Shown: in pieces, positions 1 to 11,844 of the stretch
How the letters are laid out: each line of letters begins with the position of its first letter
How positions within the stretch are numbered: the first letter of the stretch is position 1
Origin: Tubiluchus corallicola
Taxonomy: Eukaryota; Animalia; Priapulida
Assembly: GCA_030141605.1 (NCBI GenBank)
Contig: JAQGDQ010000591.1
Span: forward strand, 27,524 to 91,523
Direction of reading: 5' to 3'
DNA length: 64,000 bases
Program-made: the position numbers and the translations under genes
The notes under the pieces: model-generated
What the model was told of the DNA's origin: nothing
Seen by the model: only the letters and a program-made list of their open reading frames with translations
Databases searched by the model: none

Positions 1-683
1 AGAAATGACCTTCCCAGAATTTTTTTAAATCAATCCAAAATCAAGACAGTAGACTCTGTTATTTATTACCTAAACGCAACTTCTGTAAGCACAATCTTTG
101 TAAACAACTGATGTGCCCTTTACCGCTTTGCCATATTGAACGTTTTAAAAGTAGTTTTATACTATATGCACTTTTTAATTATCAGTAGGTTCATTACTAT
201 TGTATAGTCTGTATCGAGATATTATAATAATGGATTTTAATAAGATAAATCTTAACGTGAATTATTGTCTTATAAATGTAATTTAAACTTCGGTCTATTT
301 TAATTAATGTTAGGTGAATTCGTTTTAATGTAATTTAATTGAAATTTTAAACCTCAATTTATCTTAATTAATTTAATGTAATTTAACTTTCGGATTACAG
401 GAGTTTTAATGAACTAAATCTACTATAAAATAGCGCTGTAATATTATAAAAATGAACTGCCAAAAATGTAGAGGTTAAAGCTTTCTGCAGTCGCCCCACT
501 ATCGATGAATAGGCGAATTGTTTTAGAAATTGGCTTGATCTCAGATTCGTGTACAAGTTCATTTAAGTTGACTTTATTTACATTTACATGGCGTACTATC
601 CATGCTCTAGAACGTTTTACAATAATCACAATTTAAAGCACGAGAAAATCCTCCACTTACAAAAAACTTAAAAATTCGTCTCG

Positions 684-1322
684 AAATTATATATCACTTA
701 CATACTACTTTTTTGCATGCAGGACTTGCATCGGCCGTAACGCTCTATAAAACGTGTAAAGTCCCGCGATGACCGTTAGGCGCTGCCATTTTGATGGTAG
801 ATCGTTTGAAACAAATTCAGATAACATTAAGTAAAGTTTGAAAAAATAATCAGAACATTCGTAGCATACATGTTGCTAACTAAGTGAAATTTTAAATTAC
901 TGTATCTTGTCAATAAGATTAACAATACGTTTTTTGGTTAGTGTGTGGCGCACTTTGAAGCGTGAGTCAGCGACATTTTACCAATTGGTGAAAGCATTTT
1001 AAATAATTAATAATTTTCTTTTCTAGTTACATCAGTCTTTCCACCAGATAAGCAAAAAGCTAAGTAATATAGATTTGCACGGTAAGTCTTTTGGGACATA
1101 ATCTGACATTTCCTTTTCTTCCTCTGATTTACGTGGCTTAGTGACGTCATGTAATGGCGACTTCGGAACAGTATTGCGGGATATTTAAAATGAAAACAAA
1201 CAAAAATCCATTTTAACACGAGTACGATATATGCATAAAATTGCTGTAAACCAATATAATTTTAAGGCGATTTTTCTGAAACCTACTTCAGGTATTTCAG
1301 GTACCCCTTTTCTTGGCTTTTA
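684..1322 (+). mobile_element. Interspersed repeat family D (Kolobok-like end), copy 1
   Basis: Colinear with 50061-50682 and related to degenerate tandem units at ~14480-15300. Copy 2 ends CCT-TTAA. Confidence 0.7.
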
Positions 1323-1667
1323 AACATTACACATTCTGGTAATAAAGTTGCATAAAATTATAAATTGTATAAAATCGAACTAAAGTAATTCATGAGTATA
1401 AAACCTTTAAAACAGCAAGTTTTAAATTAGATTAAGATGTCAAACTAAACTTGCATTATGAATTTAAAAAAGTCTCTGAAAAACAAAACTTTAAAATAAG
1501 TAGGTTTTGACTTCACGATTTAAACAATCAAAATGAAATTACGAATATATCACAAAAAATTTAAGAGCAAAAAAAAGTGTTTCCAATTCTTAGTGCGTGT
1601 GAAGCAAGTTTCAGTGATAACGCCACATGAAAAAATTTCCGTATTTCCAACGAGATTTATGTAAGAA

Positions 1668-2167
<500 letters not shown>

Positions 2168-2239
2168 TCTTTCCTGAAACTTGCCATGTTTAACACAAAA
2201 ACGTTAAAATGTCCTTTACAGTCTCACAATCATTTTCTT

Positions 2240-2273
2240 CCGGACCGTTCACCCTAACGGGCCTCATCAGCTG
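2240..2273 (-). ncRNA. Degenerate hammerhead-ribozyme-like motif
   Basis: Minus strand CAG-CUGAUGA-G-GCCC-GUUA-GGGU-GAAC-GGUC (one core A missing). Inverted partner at 2414-2447: CUGGUGA-U-GUCCU-UUA-AGGAU-GAAA. Confidence 0.5.
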
Positions 2274-2544
2274 AAAATTGAACATAAACGTTAAAACAAT
2301 ACGTACAGTCTGAAACAAGAACATTAAAATATTTATCAACTGTCTTTGCTTTTAATGTTCTTGTTCCACACTGGTACAGTATGTACTGTTTTAATTTTTT
2401 ATCTGTAATTTTTCAGCTGGTGATGTCCTTTAAGGATGAAAACTTTGTAAAAAATAAATAATTAAGTCAAATTTTTATTACAGACACTTAAAAACATTTA
2501 TAGTTAAAACAACACAGCTTTTTTAAAACTTTTAATTTTAATTA

Positions 2545-2584
2545 CCACTGATGATGACAGCAATAGCTCTGTCGAAATCTCTGG
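2545..2584 (+). ncRNA. Minimal type I hammerhead ribozyme-like motif (Penelope type)
   Basis: CCA-CUGAUGA-U-GACAG-CAAUAGCU-CUGUC-GAAA-U-CUC-UGG: intact core, 5-bp stem II, CCA/UGG stem I, vestigial stem III. Confidence 0.7.
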
Positions 2585-2857
2585 CATGTTTTTAATAGGG
2601 ATCATCAGTAGTATTTTTTTTTTACAAACATACAACCAGTTTATGTAAGCGTGCCTAATATGCACTAATTAAGTAATTAACAGAAACCAAATGTATAATG
2701 AATAAGTAGACCAGTAGAAAAGAAATTGGTGCAGTAAATTATGCATTAATTATGTATTTACAAAAGCCAGTTTCTGTTAAATGCTTAATTAGTGTATAAT
2801 GTTCTATACTGTTGACTCTGCCTGTATAAGCTGGTTGTACGTTTGTAAAAAAAATTA

Positions 2858-2897
2858 CCACTGATGATGACAGCAGTAGGTCTGACGAAACGATTGG
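2858..2897 (+). ncRNA. Second hammerhead-like copy, cleavage triplet mutated
   Basis: CCA-CUGAUGA-U-GACAG-CAGUAGGU-CUGAC-GAAAC-GAU-UGG, 313 nt downstream of the first copy. Confidence 0.6.
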
Positions 2898-3637
2898 CAT
2901 GATTTCTAATTATGTAAATTAAAAGTTTTAATAAAGTTGTGGTGTTTGAACTACAACTAAAAAGCCACTGTCAGGCTACAAAGAGCGTTCAACTTGTTCT
3001 ACTAGCAGTTGGCAACCATTTGTAGTGTTACTGTAATAAGTTAATTAATGAATTAGTTTTACTGTTGCACTTGAAACAGCAGAAATCGTCTAGGTTTCCG
3101 AAGTTTTGATCATCTGAATTGCGCCAATGGTGATTTTCTAGATCAAAAGCGACTACGGTAGCTAATTTTCGGTCAGTGCTCTGTTTTGTTTACTAAATTT
3201 GCACGTCAACAAACTGTTGTTTATGATAATAGATCATTTGTTTACCTGCATGTTTACTGCCATTAGCAGTGGGTTCGTCAATGTAGCTGTATACTCGTGA
3301 TGTGTGTTTTTACGTAAATATTAGCTAATGCTAACATAAGCGAATATAAACACTTAATATTTAAATGCAACAAGAATGAATTCACGGGTCAATGTGTTTT
3401 AGATAAATAACTTTGCCACAAAGTAAAACAAAGGCAAAATTGCAAGTCTCTGCTTAGAGTTGCAGTGTTCGTACAATCCACAGTTACTTATGTAAGTCAT
3501 GTAAAATTAAAATTAAATAATAAAAATTGAAAATCTAAATGCGTTTTTGTGTCAAAATTCCAAACAAAGACCTTGTTTTTTCCCAGGCATTATACGTATT
3601 GATACAAAGGAGGGAACTGTACGCTAATGCATGCGCG

Positions 3638-3765
3638 TGTACAATTTTGTACATAATAGACACTGGTGTGGAGTCATTTGCATGTACAATTTTGTACATA
3701 ATAGACACTGGTGTGGAGTCATTTGCATGTACAATTTTGTACATAATAGACACTGGTGTGGAGCC
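3638..3765. repeat. 45-bp tandem repeat, ~3 copies
   Basis: Unit tgtacaattttgtacataatagacactggtgtggagtcatttgca; followed by a LINE 3'UTR piece (3771-3880) shared with 20954-21060. Confidence 0.9.
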
Positions 3766-4402
3766 ATATATCTAGTGGCCTACCATAAGCTAGCTTCTTA
3801 GGTCTCTAGCGCAGAATTCATGAATTGTATCATATTTTTGTATTAACAAAAACTGATTATCGATGCACATGTAATGCATATGTATATATTTATTGTGTGG
3901 TTGTTCATCGCGGCATCTTCAAGCGACAGACCCAGTAATTTTTTTTACAACATTGGTTCCAACTTTATTAGCGGAAAGCTTTCTAAACCAGTTATTTTTA
4001 TTTCAAAAGTAAACCGGCTCTGTCGAATTCTTGCTCGAGATTAAATTCACTCGAAATTCAATACCTGCATGCCCGTACAACGTTGTTACGTTAATGAGAC
4101 CACGTAGGTTTGGTAATATTGTTATTGTAGCAATGTACCACTTGTGTGTGCCACATTCTTAACCCTTTGGCGACAAAAACGGCTTAAAATTTTGCCCAAG
4201 TTTGTGCAGGAATTGTGGTCGCGTTGTGCAATTATTTAAATTGAAACAGGAAGTGTGCACGGAAGTAGAGATAACGGCGAATGATTATTGCAGGCTGTAT
4301 AGTCGGCTGAGTTCTATAGCCCATTATCTCTGCTGACGCTGAGTAATACCTGAACATAGGATGTGTTTTGCTATTTTAAGCAGGAACCAACATAAAGACA
4401 TA

Positions 4403-5519
4403 CAGGGTGTCTCATAAGTCACTATACACTTTGATTTCTAATTTTGTTTTCAATTTATCTCCAATATCTCAGCAAAATCTTATATGAATCAAACTGGACC
4501 TTTCACATTTCTTCTAATCTATTTTCGACTGGAACCCCGTTGCTATAGCGACGACAGTAACGTTGCTATGGCGACGACACTGGACCTTTCACATTACTTT
4601 TCATCTATTTTTAACTGGAACCGGTTGCTATAGCGATGACGGTAACGTTGCTATAGCGACGACAGTAACTAGGCCTTTCACATTTCTTTTCATCTATTTT
4701 TGACTGGAACCCCGTTGCTATAGCGACGACAGTAACGTTGCTATAGCGACGACACTGGGCCTTTCACATATATTTTCATCCATTTTTAACTGGAACCCCG
4801 TTGCTATAGCGACGACAGTAACGTTGCTATAGCGACGACAGTGGACCTTTCACATTTCTTTTCATCTATTTTTGACTGGAACCCCGTTGCTATAGCGACG
4901 ATAGTAACGATAGAAAAATATGCACCCTCGATCTCCAGCAGACCTTCCGTGGAAATTCAGGACACCAGATGGACCACGCTATTCTTTCACTATTAACAAT
5001 GTATTTTTTTCAACAAGATGCCATCTTTCCTCAGTACTCATGAGCTGTGAGAGACTTTCTCTTTGCAAGATGCCCGACTTGCCATTGAATTGGTCGCAGA
5101 AGCTTTTGTGGTAATTCTGTGGCAAAGAAGATAACGTTGTGGAAAAGTATGTAACGTTGTGGCAAAGAAGGGAACGTTGTGGCAAGGAAGGTAACGTTGT
5201 GGCAAAGAAGGTAACGTTGTGGCAAAGAAGGTAACGTTGCTGCAAAAAAGGTAAAGTTGTGGCAAAAAGGTATTGTTATTGCAAAGAAGGTAACGTTGTG
5301 GCAAAAAAGGTAACGTTGTGGCAAAAAAAGTAACGTTGTGGCAAAGAAGGTAACGAAAACTGCAAAGTTACTAGTGCAGTAGTTCTCAAATTTTCATCTA
5401 GTTTGACTAAAAGCATTGTCCAAGGTTTTAGTTCATCTGTACCAATTCTCGAAAATTTTGCCTTCATTGTTAAAAAAACGAAAATATGTATAATGTATAG
5501 TAACTTATGAAACACCCTA
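4403..5519. mobile_element. Tc1/mariner-like non-autonomous element with internal minisatellites
   Basis: TA-flanked TIRs CAGGGTGTCTCATAAGTCACTATACA / TGTATAGTAACTTATGAAACACCCTA. Internal ~88-bp x5 (4493-4910) and 20-bp (5118-5355) arrays. HPRSPADL at 4923 resembles the transposase WPPRSPDL motif. Confidence 0.8.
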
Positions 5520-6526
5520 TATCTGTAACAAAAAAATTATAATAGAGTAAAATTCTAAATTAAATGTTGTACTATGATGCACAACCTCAATACTTTTTAG
5601 ACTGGGTTTGGTGTTTATATAACAAAATGTAGTTCTTATTGTCTTATGTGTGATTAATTCATGATAGTTTTTAAAAATATATCAGAACGTAGCAAAAAAT
5701 CTCTTTTGTGTTTTTGTAATAGAAATGATTATTTACAAGTTTACAGTATTCATAAACTGACTAAAATATTTGTGCTAACAAATGAGTAACAACAAGGCCG
5801 CCATCACTATAAACTAACTTAGAACATTATATCAAAAACTAAATAAATATACACAATAATTACTGTATTTATGTATTACGAGTTATTTCTATCTGAAAGG
5901 AATTTTTAGCGGAATGTATTAAAAAATTAGAGTTGATTTTTGGTAACCCTACGTTACATGTTTTTTAAGTTAAAAAAGAAGATCTGCTCTACACATTTCG
6001 TCAGCCATCTTAGCGGGACACATTTTTGGGCCATCCACTATCTACAGTTAAAAATGACCAGGATTACCAGTTCAAGATGCATCACTGGTCTCATTATACA
6101 TTCACTTAACGACCTAATTACATCCACACAGACACGCACAAGCTCCACGATTGTAATCAAAACAACCGCTTCGCGGCGCTGCCGTCGTTACACGATGGAA
6201 GCATTTTAATTGACCGGTTCCTAATTCGATTAGTGGTTCGTTTAGCGGTTAACGCCGGCTTGAGCTCGATTAGGCAAGCGATTGTAAGGATGTCAGTTTA
6301 AATACTCCACAGGGTGCAAATGCTTAATGCAACCAATGACCTTGTTGATTTCTAATTGTGTTGATTTTCAGCTTGTAAGAGATTTAGTATCGATTGAGTA
6401 CAGATTATTGCCACATCCGATTAAATTGAACGGTTAAATCACATTAAAATGTATTCTGACAGGTCTTCCGTGCTCAATACAGTTGGTTTATTCTCCATTT
6501 TCAGATTCTGAAAGTCATTCTGTTAA

Positions 6527-7068
6527 AGGAAGACCGGACGATTGTTTAGACGAAATTTCGTTTTAATTTACTGTCCAAAATATACATTTTCTTGCCTGTA
6601 AAAGTTAACAGTTGTTTCTTATATTTGAATAATTAGCTTAGAAAGTTAATTAACAGCAACCGAACACAGCTATTGCTTACGTCAGAAACTAACCACAGTA
6701 TGTACAATGGCAGGCGTCTTCTCTTACGCGTCAAGCACATTTGCGTAAGTGTTACTGCTTAAACGCTTAATGTCACAAAATGGGCTCTACGTCAAATGAC
6801 GTCAGAAACTAACACTGCAGTTCATGATCATGCTTAACACTGTACCACCTTCTATTTATTGGCCACGCGAATGTGACAAAAAGGCGCCGCTGCCAATCTT
6901 AGTAGATTCGCTGAGCCTCGCGTAGCTTTGAAATTTTGACGAAATTTGAGTATCCGAGGTAATTATTATTTAATCTAAGCTTTGATATTAAATAAGCTAT
7001 TGTAGTTTACAATATTTTAGAGCATTCTTTATTCTGAACTAATGTTTACACAATCATCTGGTTTTCCT
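6527..7068 (+). mobile_element. TTAA-flanked MITE family A (Kolobok-like), copy 1
   Basis: TTAA|AGGAAGACCGGACGATTGTTTAGAC ... GTTTACACAATCATCTGGTTTTCCT|TTAA; further copies at 35086-35533 and 50893-51405. Confidence 0.85.
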
Positions 7069-7789
7069 TTAAAGGAAAGCACAAGTCACTTAGTTAGCAT
7101 GTAGAGTCACTACCATCACCTAAACTTAGAATAATACAACTAGGAAACTCGCAAAAACAATGTCTAAAAAGCATAAAGCTAATTTATACTACTGCAGTAT
7201 AAAAATTTTCAGATGCGATGGTGGTCGCCACAGTTCACTTGAAAATTATGACGTAATTGGTGGACTTCGTGACGTAGTCATAATACAAGTCAGCGTAATT
7301 TTATATTTTTAACAGTAGTACTGTGAAAAGCTAAGTCCTCTGGGAAGTTAGGCTTATTTTAATGCTTGCAAAAATGTTAGAAGAATTTAGTAATAAAGGT
7401 GTAACAGTTCGATAAGCGCAGAGTGTAATTAGAAAAATCACTGAAAGTATTTACTGCAATTAGTAAACGAGGCACTGAAACCTGCTAAACGACATCCAAG
7501 CAAAATTAAAAACAACTTGATATCAAGAATTAATAAAGATTTACAATAGCTGAAACTAAAACTTAACAATAGCATCACAGGAATTGAAATTTTAGCTGCA
7601 GACGGGAAACAAGGGAGTGCTCTTATAAAGGACAGAGGGCTCTGTGTCTACAATAGATGTCTAGAGTAACAGAAGAACTGTTTCAACTATGGTACATTTT
7701 CACAAGCTTCATTTTGTTCTCATTTAAATAAATAAATAAATAATGATAATAATAATAACAATAATAATAATGATGATGATGATTTTTAT

Positions 7790-8365
7790 TTTTATTTTTT
7801 ATTTATTAAATATATCCACAACGATCATTACAGCATTGTACATAAAAGTATTTAATAATATATTTATTATTATGTGTTCAAGATGCCAAGCCGCAAATGA
7901 CCCGTGGGGTACTCAAGAAGTAATTACTTGTTTAGAGTACCCCAAATGAATGTGGACTAAGTGTAATAGAAAAGAGCAGTAAAGGAATAGAAGAAAGGTT
8001 AATAGAAAAATAGAAAGAAGAAGAAAGGTGTGATGGTATCTGTATGAAGTAACATGAACTATAGAAATGTAAAAATTGACATAGCCAGCAACACAATGGA
8101 TTACGACAGGGACAGCAGTGTAATTAATCAAATTGATTTATTCTGTATAATTAGAAAATATTTCATTTTTAAAATTTATTTTGAAGTTATTTATAGATAA
8201 AGAATTTTTTATGTATTCGTTTATGTTATTCCAAAGTCTAGGGCCAGTGTTAGTGATGAAGTGCATTGCCGCGTCAGTCCTGCAATACTTAATACAAAAT
8301 TTGTTAAATCTTGTTGAGTAATGTCTTACGTTAATAGATAATGGGTTTAAAAAGAAAGCTGGGTG
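7790..8365 (-). mobile_element. LINE (L2/Crack-like) 3' remnant
   Basis: Minus strand HYSTRFNKFCIKYCRTDAAMHFITNTGPRLWNNINEYIKNSLSINNFKINFK*, a typical ORF2 C-terminus, followed by 3'UTR and AATAAA. Confidence 0.75.
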
Positions 8366-8368
8366 GGC

Positions 8369-8656
8369 ATGATGATGATGATGATGATGATGATGATAAT
8401 GATGACAATAATAATAATGATAATGATGATTATGATGATGATGATGATAATGATAACAATAATAATAATAATATTAATAATAATGATAATGATGATGATG
8501 ACGATGACGATGACGATGACGACGATGACGATGACGATGACAATGATGATAATGATGATGATAATGATAATGATAATGATAATGATAATGATAATGATAA
8601 TGATAATGATAATGATAATGATAATGATAATGATAATGATAATGATAATGATAATG

Positions 8657-8699
<43 letters not shown>

Positions 8700-8707
8700 T
8701 AATAATA
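8369..8707. repeat. (GAT/AAT/GAC)n compound microsatellite
   Basis: Direct reading. Confidence 0.98.
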
Positions 8708-9764
8708 AAGGATAGAGGCTCTGTGTCTACAATAGATGTTTAGAAAAACAGAAGAAGTAACTATGTTCTTAAAAAAAACAGAAATAAATTTTGTACAAAA
8801 ACGCTTCACACCGGAACTTCAGCTGACAAGCATTTTTCCTCTCACTAAACGTTGACTGCTCTTTTTTCATTTCACTCTTAGCTACGGGCAATACAAAGAA
8901 TTGGGCGTAAGCTCATTTTCCAATATTGTCCTCTAGTCAACCGTAATGTCCTCGACGCGTTCTGGTTCTGAAGACAGTTTCGCTGATCACGTCTCCCAAA
9001 GGTGTGGCAATAAATCTTTGACAAATCAGCACCTCCCTTGCCATGTGAGAGTCATGTTCTCCGTGTACTGCTGGAAGATTCATGAGCAAAAAATGAACAG
9101 TTCTGTGTCACTTTTCCAGGCCGCCATGTTTGACTGAAACTTGTTTGTTTAAGAAATTTCCCGCGGATGAATTTGTTTGCAGACCGTGAGGCAAGTGTTA
9201 AGATTTGGACTAATCAAACCCTGCAGGTAACAGCTATGCCGGGTTGTTGTGAAGATTATAATTAGCGCTGTCGTTCGGTGCAGTCAAAACAAAGTCCGCG
9301 TGTGCAGTTGAAGTTGAAAAAATCTTTACGGCGTGAACTAGGCTTAACGTAGACGGATAGGGCGAATTTTCGAATCGCGTTTTTTGGTAAACAATTAAAC
9401 ACGTGGGCCCGCGGGCATGTCTCATCATGTTTGTCGTTAATTTTTTGAACTTTGTATTGGCGTACGTGACTTCGTTAGTATCAGCATTGAGTGTATGTAA
9501 CCCGGAAAAATCAAATAAACTTGCTAAACCGATGTACGTGGTTGAATACATGTCATTGTGTGGCTAATATTAAACTTCTGTAAGTTATATGCACATCAAA
9601 ATTGAAATGACAGAAATGAACTTCTGCAGCGATTTCTGTTTGTAATTTTCTCATAGAAGCCCGAATTTTTTTGGTTTTCCTGCGAGATCCAACACTAGAC
9701 AACGTCAAAGACACGAAGGCACAAGAGCATTGAGCAATAATGACAGCAGCTTCGGTAGAAATAT

Positions 9765-10038
9765 GAGCAGTACCAGCAACAACATTAATAGCAACAGCAA
9801 CAGCAACAGCAGCAGCAATACCACCAGCAGCAGCAGCAGCAGCAACAACAACATCAACATCAACAACAACGACAACAGCAGTAACAGCAACAACAGCAGC
9901 AATAGCAAGAGCAAAAGCAGCAACAACAGTAACAGCAACGGCAACAGCAGCAGCTATAACAGCAGCAACAACAACAGTAATAGCAACAGCAGCAACAGCA
10001 ACAGTAACAACATTAACAGCAGCAGCAGCAGCAGCAGC

Positions 10039-10097
<59 letters not shown>

Positions 10098-10135
10098 CGG
10101 GAACAACAACTCTAGCAACAAAAACAACAACAATG
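9765..10135. repeat. (CAA/CAG)n compound microsatellite
   Basis: Direct reading. Confidence 0.97.
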
Positions 10136-10639
10136 GCAGGGCAACAGCTACATCAGCTAGAATAACAACAATAACAGCAAATTATGGCGCTAATCAGCTT
10201 ACCGATTTCTGACTACATTTTAGGCGTAAGTTTTGACCACTTATATTAATAATCATACACTATGGGAATACCAGAAGGTAAAACTTCCTTTCCAGCCCTT
10301 TTCACCAAAAAAATGCAGAAGTACCACAAAAGCGTATCTAACTGGCATTCAAAATTGATTCAAGTTGCATTGCTAGCCACTTGGAACAAAGTCAAGCACT
10401 TATTTGCTTGCTTTAATTGACGACCTGTCGGTTTCAAATCTCAGTCTAATTTCTCAGCCTGGGACCAGAAAGATTCCACTGAAACTCAAAGCACTCAGTT
10501 AATTGATTTTCACAAACTGCGCAGTTTGTTGCGCATGTAAATGTTAGTCGCAAGATGTTATATTGGAGGCCCATTGGCCATTCGCATTGAGATTTTCTTT
10601 CTAAAATAATGTAAAATAATGATATCTGTATCAACGCGT

Positions 10640-11222
10640 GATTCAAAATGCTTGTAATGTAGTAGAACTTTAGTAGAACCTGTGTTTTTGCACAATGCTG
10701 AACTATGGACGATAAAAGTTAAACAACAGAAGGAAATTGACGCTTTTCAAAGACGTTTCTGTAGGAAATTACTACGATTTAAATGACCTGACAAAACATC
10801 AAATGATGATCTTTATGATGTGGTCAAGAATAATCCTTGGAGTAAACAAATGAATTGGATTGGACATGCACTAATACTACTTTACCTCAAGGGTCTCCTC
10901 TTCCTATGATGATGATAATGATGATGATTATGATGATTATGATGATGATGATGATCTGTATAATGTGGTCAAGAAGAATCCTTGGAATAAACAAATTCAA
11001 GTAAGAAAATTGCATTGGACTGGACATGCACTAATACTACCTTACCTCAAGGGTCTCCTCTTCCTATGATGATGATGAAAATGATGATGATGATGATGAT
11101 GATGATTATCTGTATAATGTGGTCAAGAAGAATTATTGGAGTAAACAAATACAAGAAGAAGATTGCATTGCGCTGGGCATATACTAAGATTCATAGATTA
11201 CATCAAGAGTCTCCTCTTCCTG

Positions 11223-11265
<43 letters not shown>

Positions 11266-11369
11266 CTGTATTATGTGGTCAAGAAGAATTATTGGAGTAA
11301 ACAAATACAAGAAGAAGATTGCATTGCGCTGGGCATACATTAAGATTACCTCATGAGTCTCCTCTTCCT

Positions 11370-11440
<71 letters not shown>

Positions 11441-11640
11441 CTGTATAATGTGTTCAAGAAGAATTATTGGAGTAAACAAATACAAGATGAAGATTGCATT
11501 GGACTGGACATGCGCTAAGATTACCTCAAGAGTCTCCTCTTCCTATAGCATTACGTAAAACTCTTGAAACGACAAAAAAGCTTAGAGGGGGCCAGCTACT
11601 GACGTATATAGGTATGAGCAAAAAGATTTAGCAACTACAG
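10640..11640 (+). mobile_element. RTE-clade LINE C-terminal remnant with an internally amplified segment
   Basis: Fragments read PVFLHNAELWT..EIDAFQRRFCRKLLRFK*PDKTSNDDLYDVV..LHWTGH..RLPQESP..KKLRGGQLLTY. The middle ~105 bp is repeated about five times with (GAT)n spacers. Confidence 0.75.
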
Positions 11641-11844
11641 CTACCGGCGATCATAGAGTTTAAATTTACAAGTTTAATACAGTGTTACTGCCCTGAAAGC
11701 TCTGATAGCAATAAGACAGAATCCAAGTGATACGAAATATTTTTTACTTACGAATAGCATTTTATTGACTATTAAAAACGGCTGTGGGGACATACTTTAC
11801 GTCACACAAGTGGTCATTAGTCCACAGAATTAATTGATTTAGAG

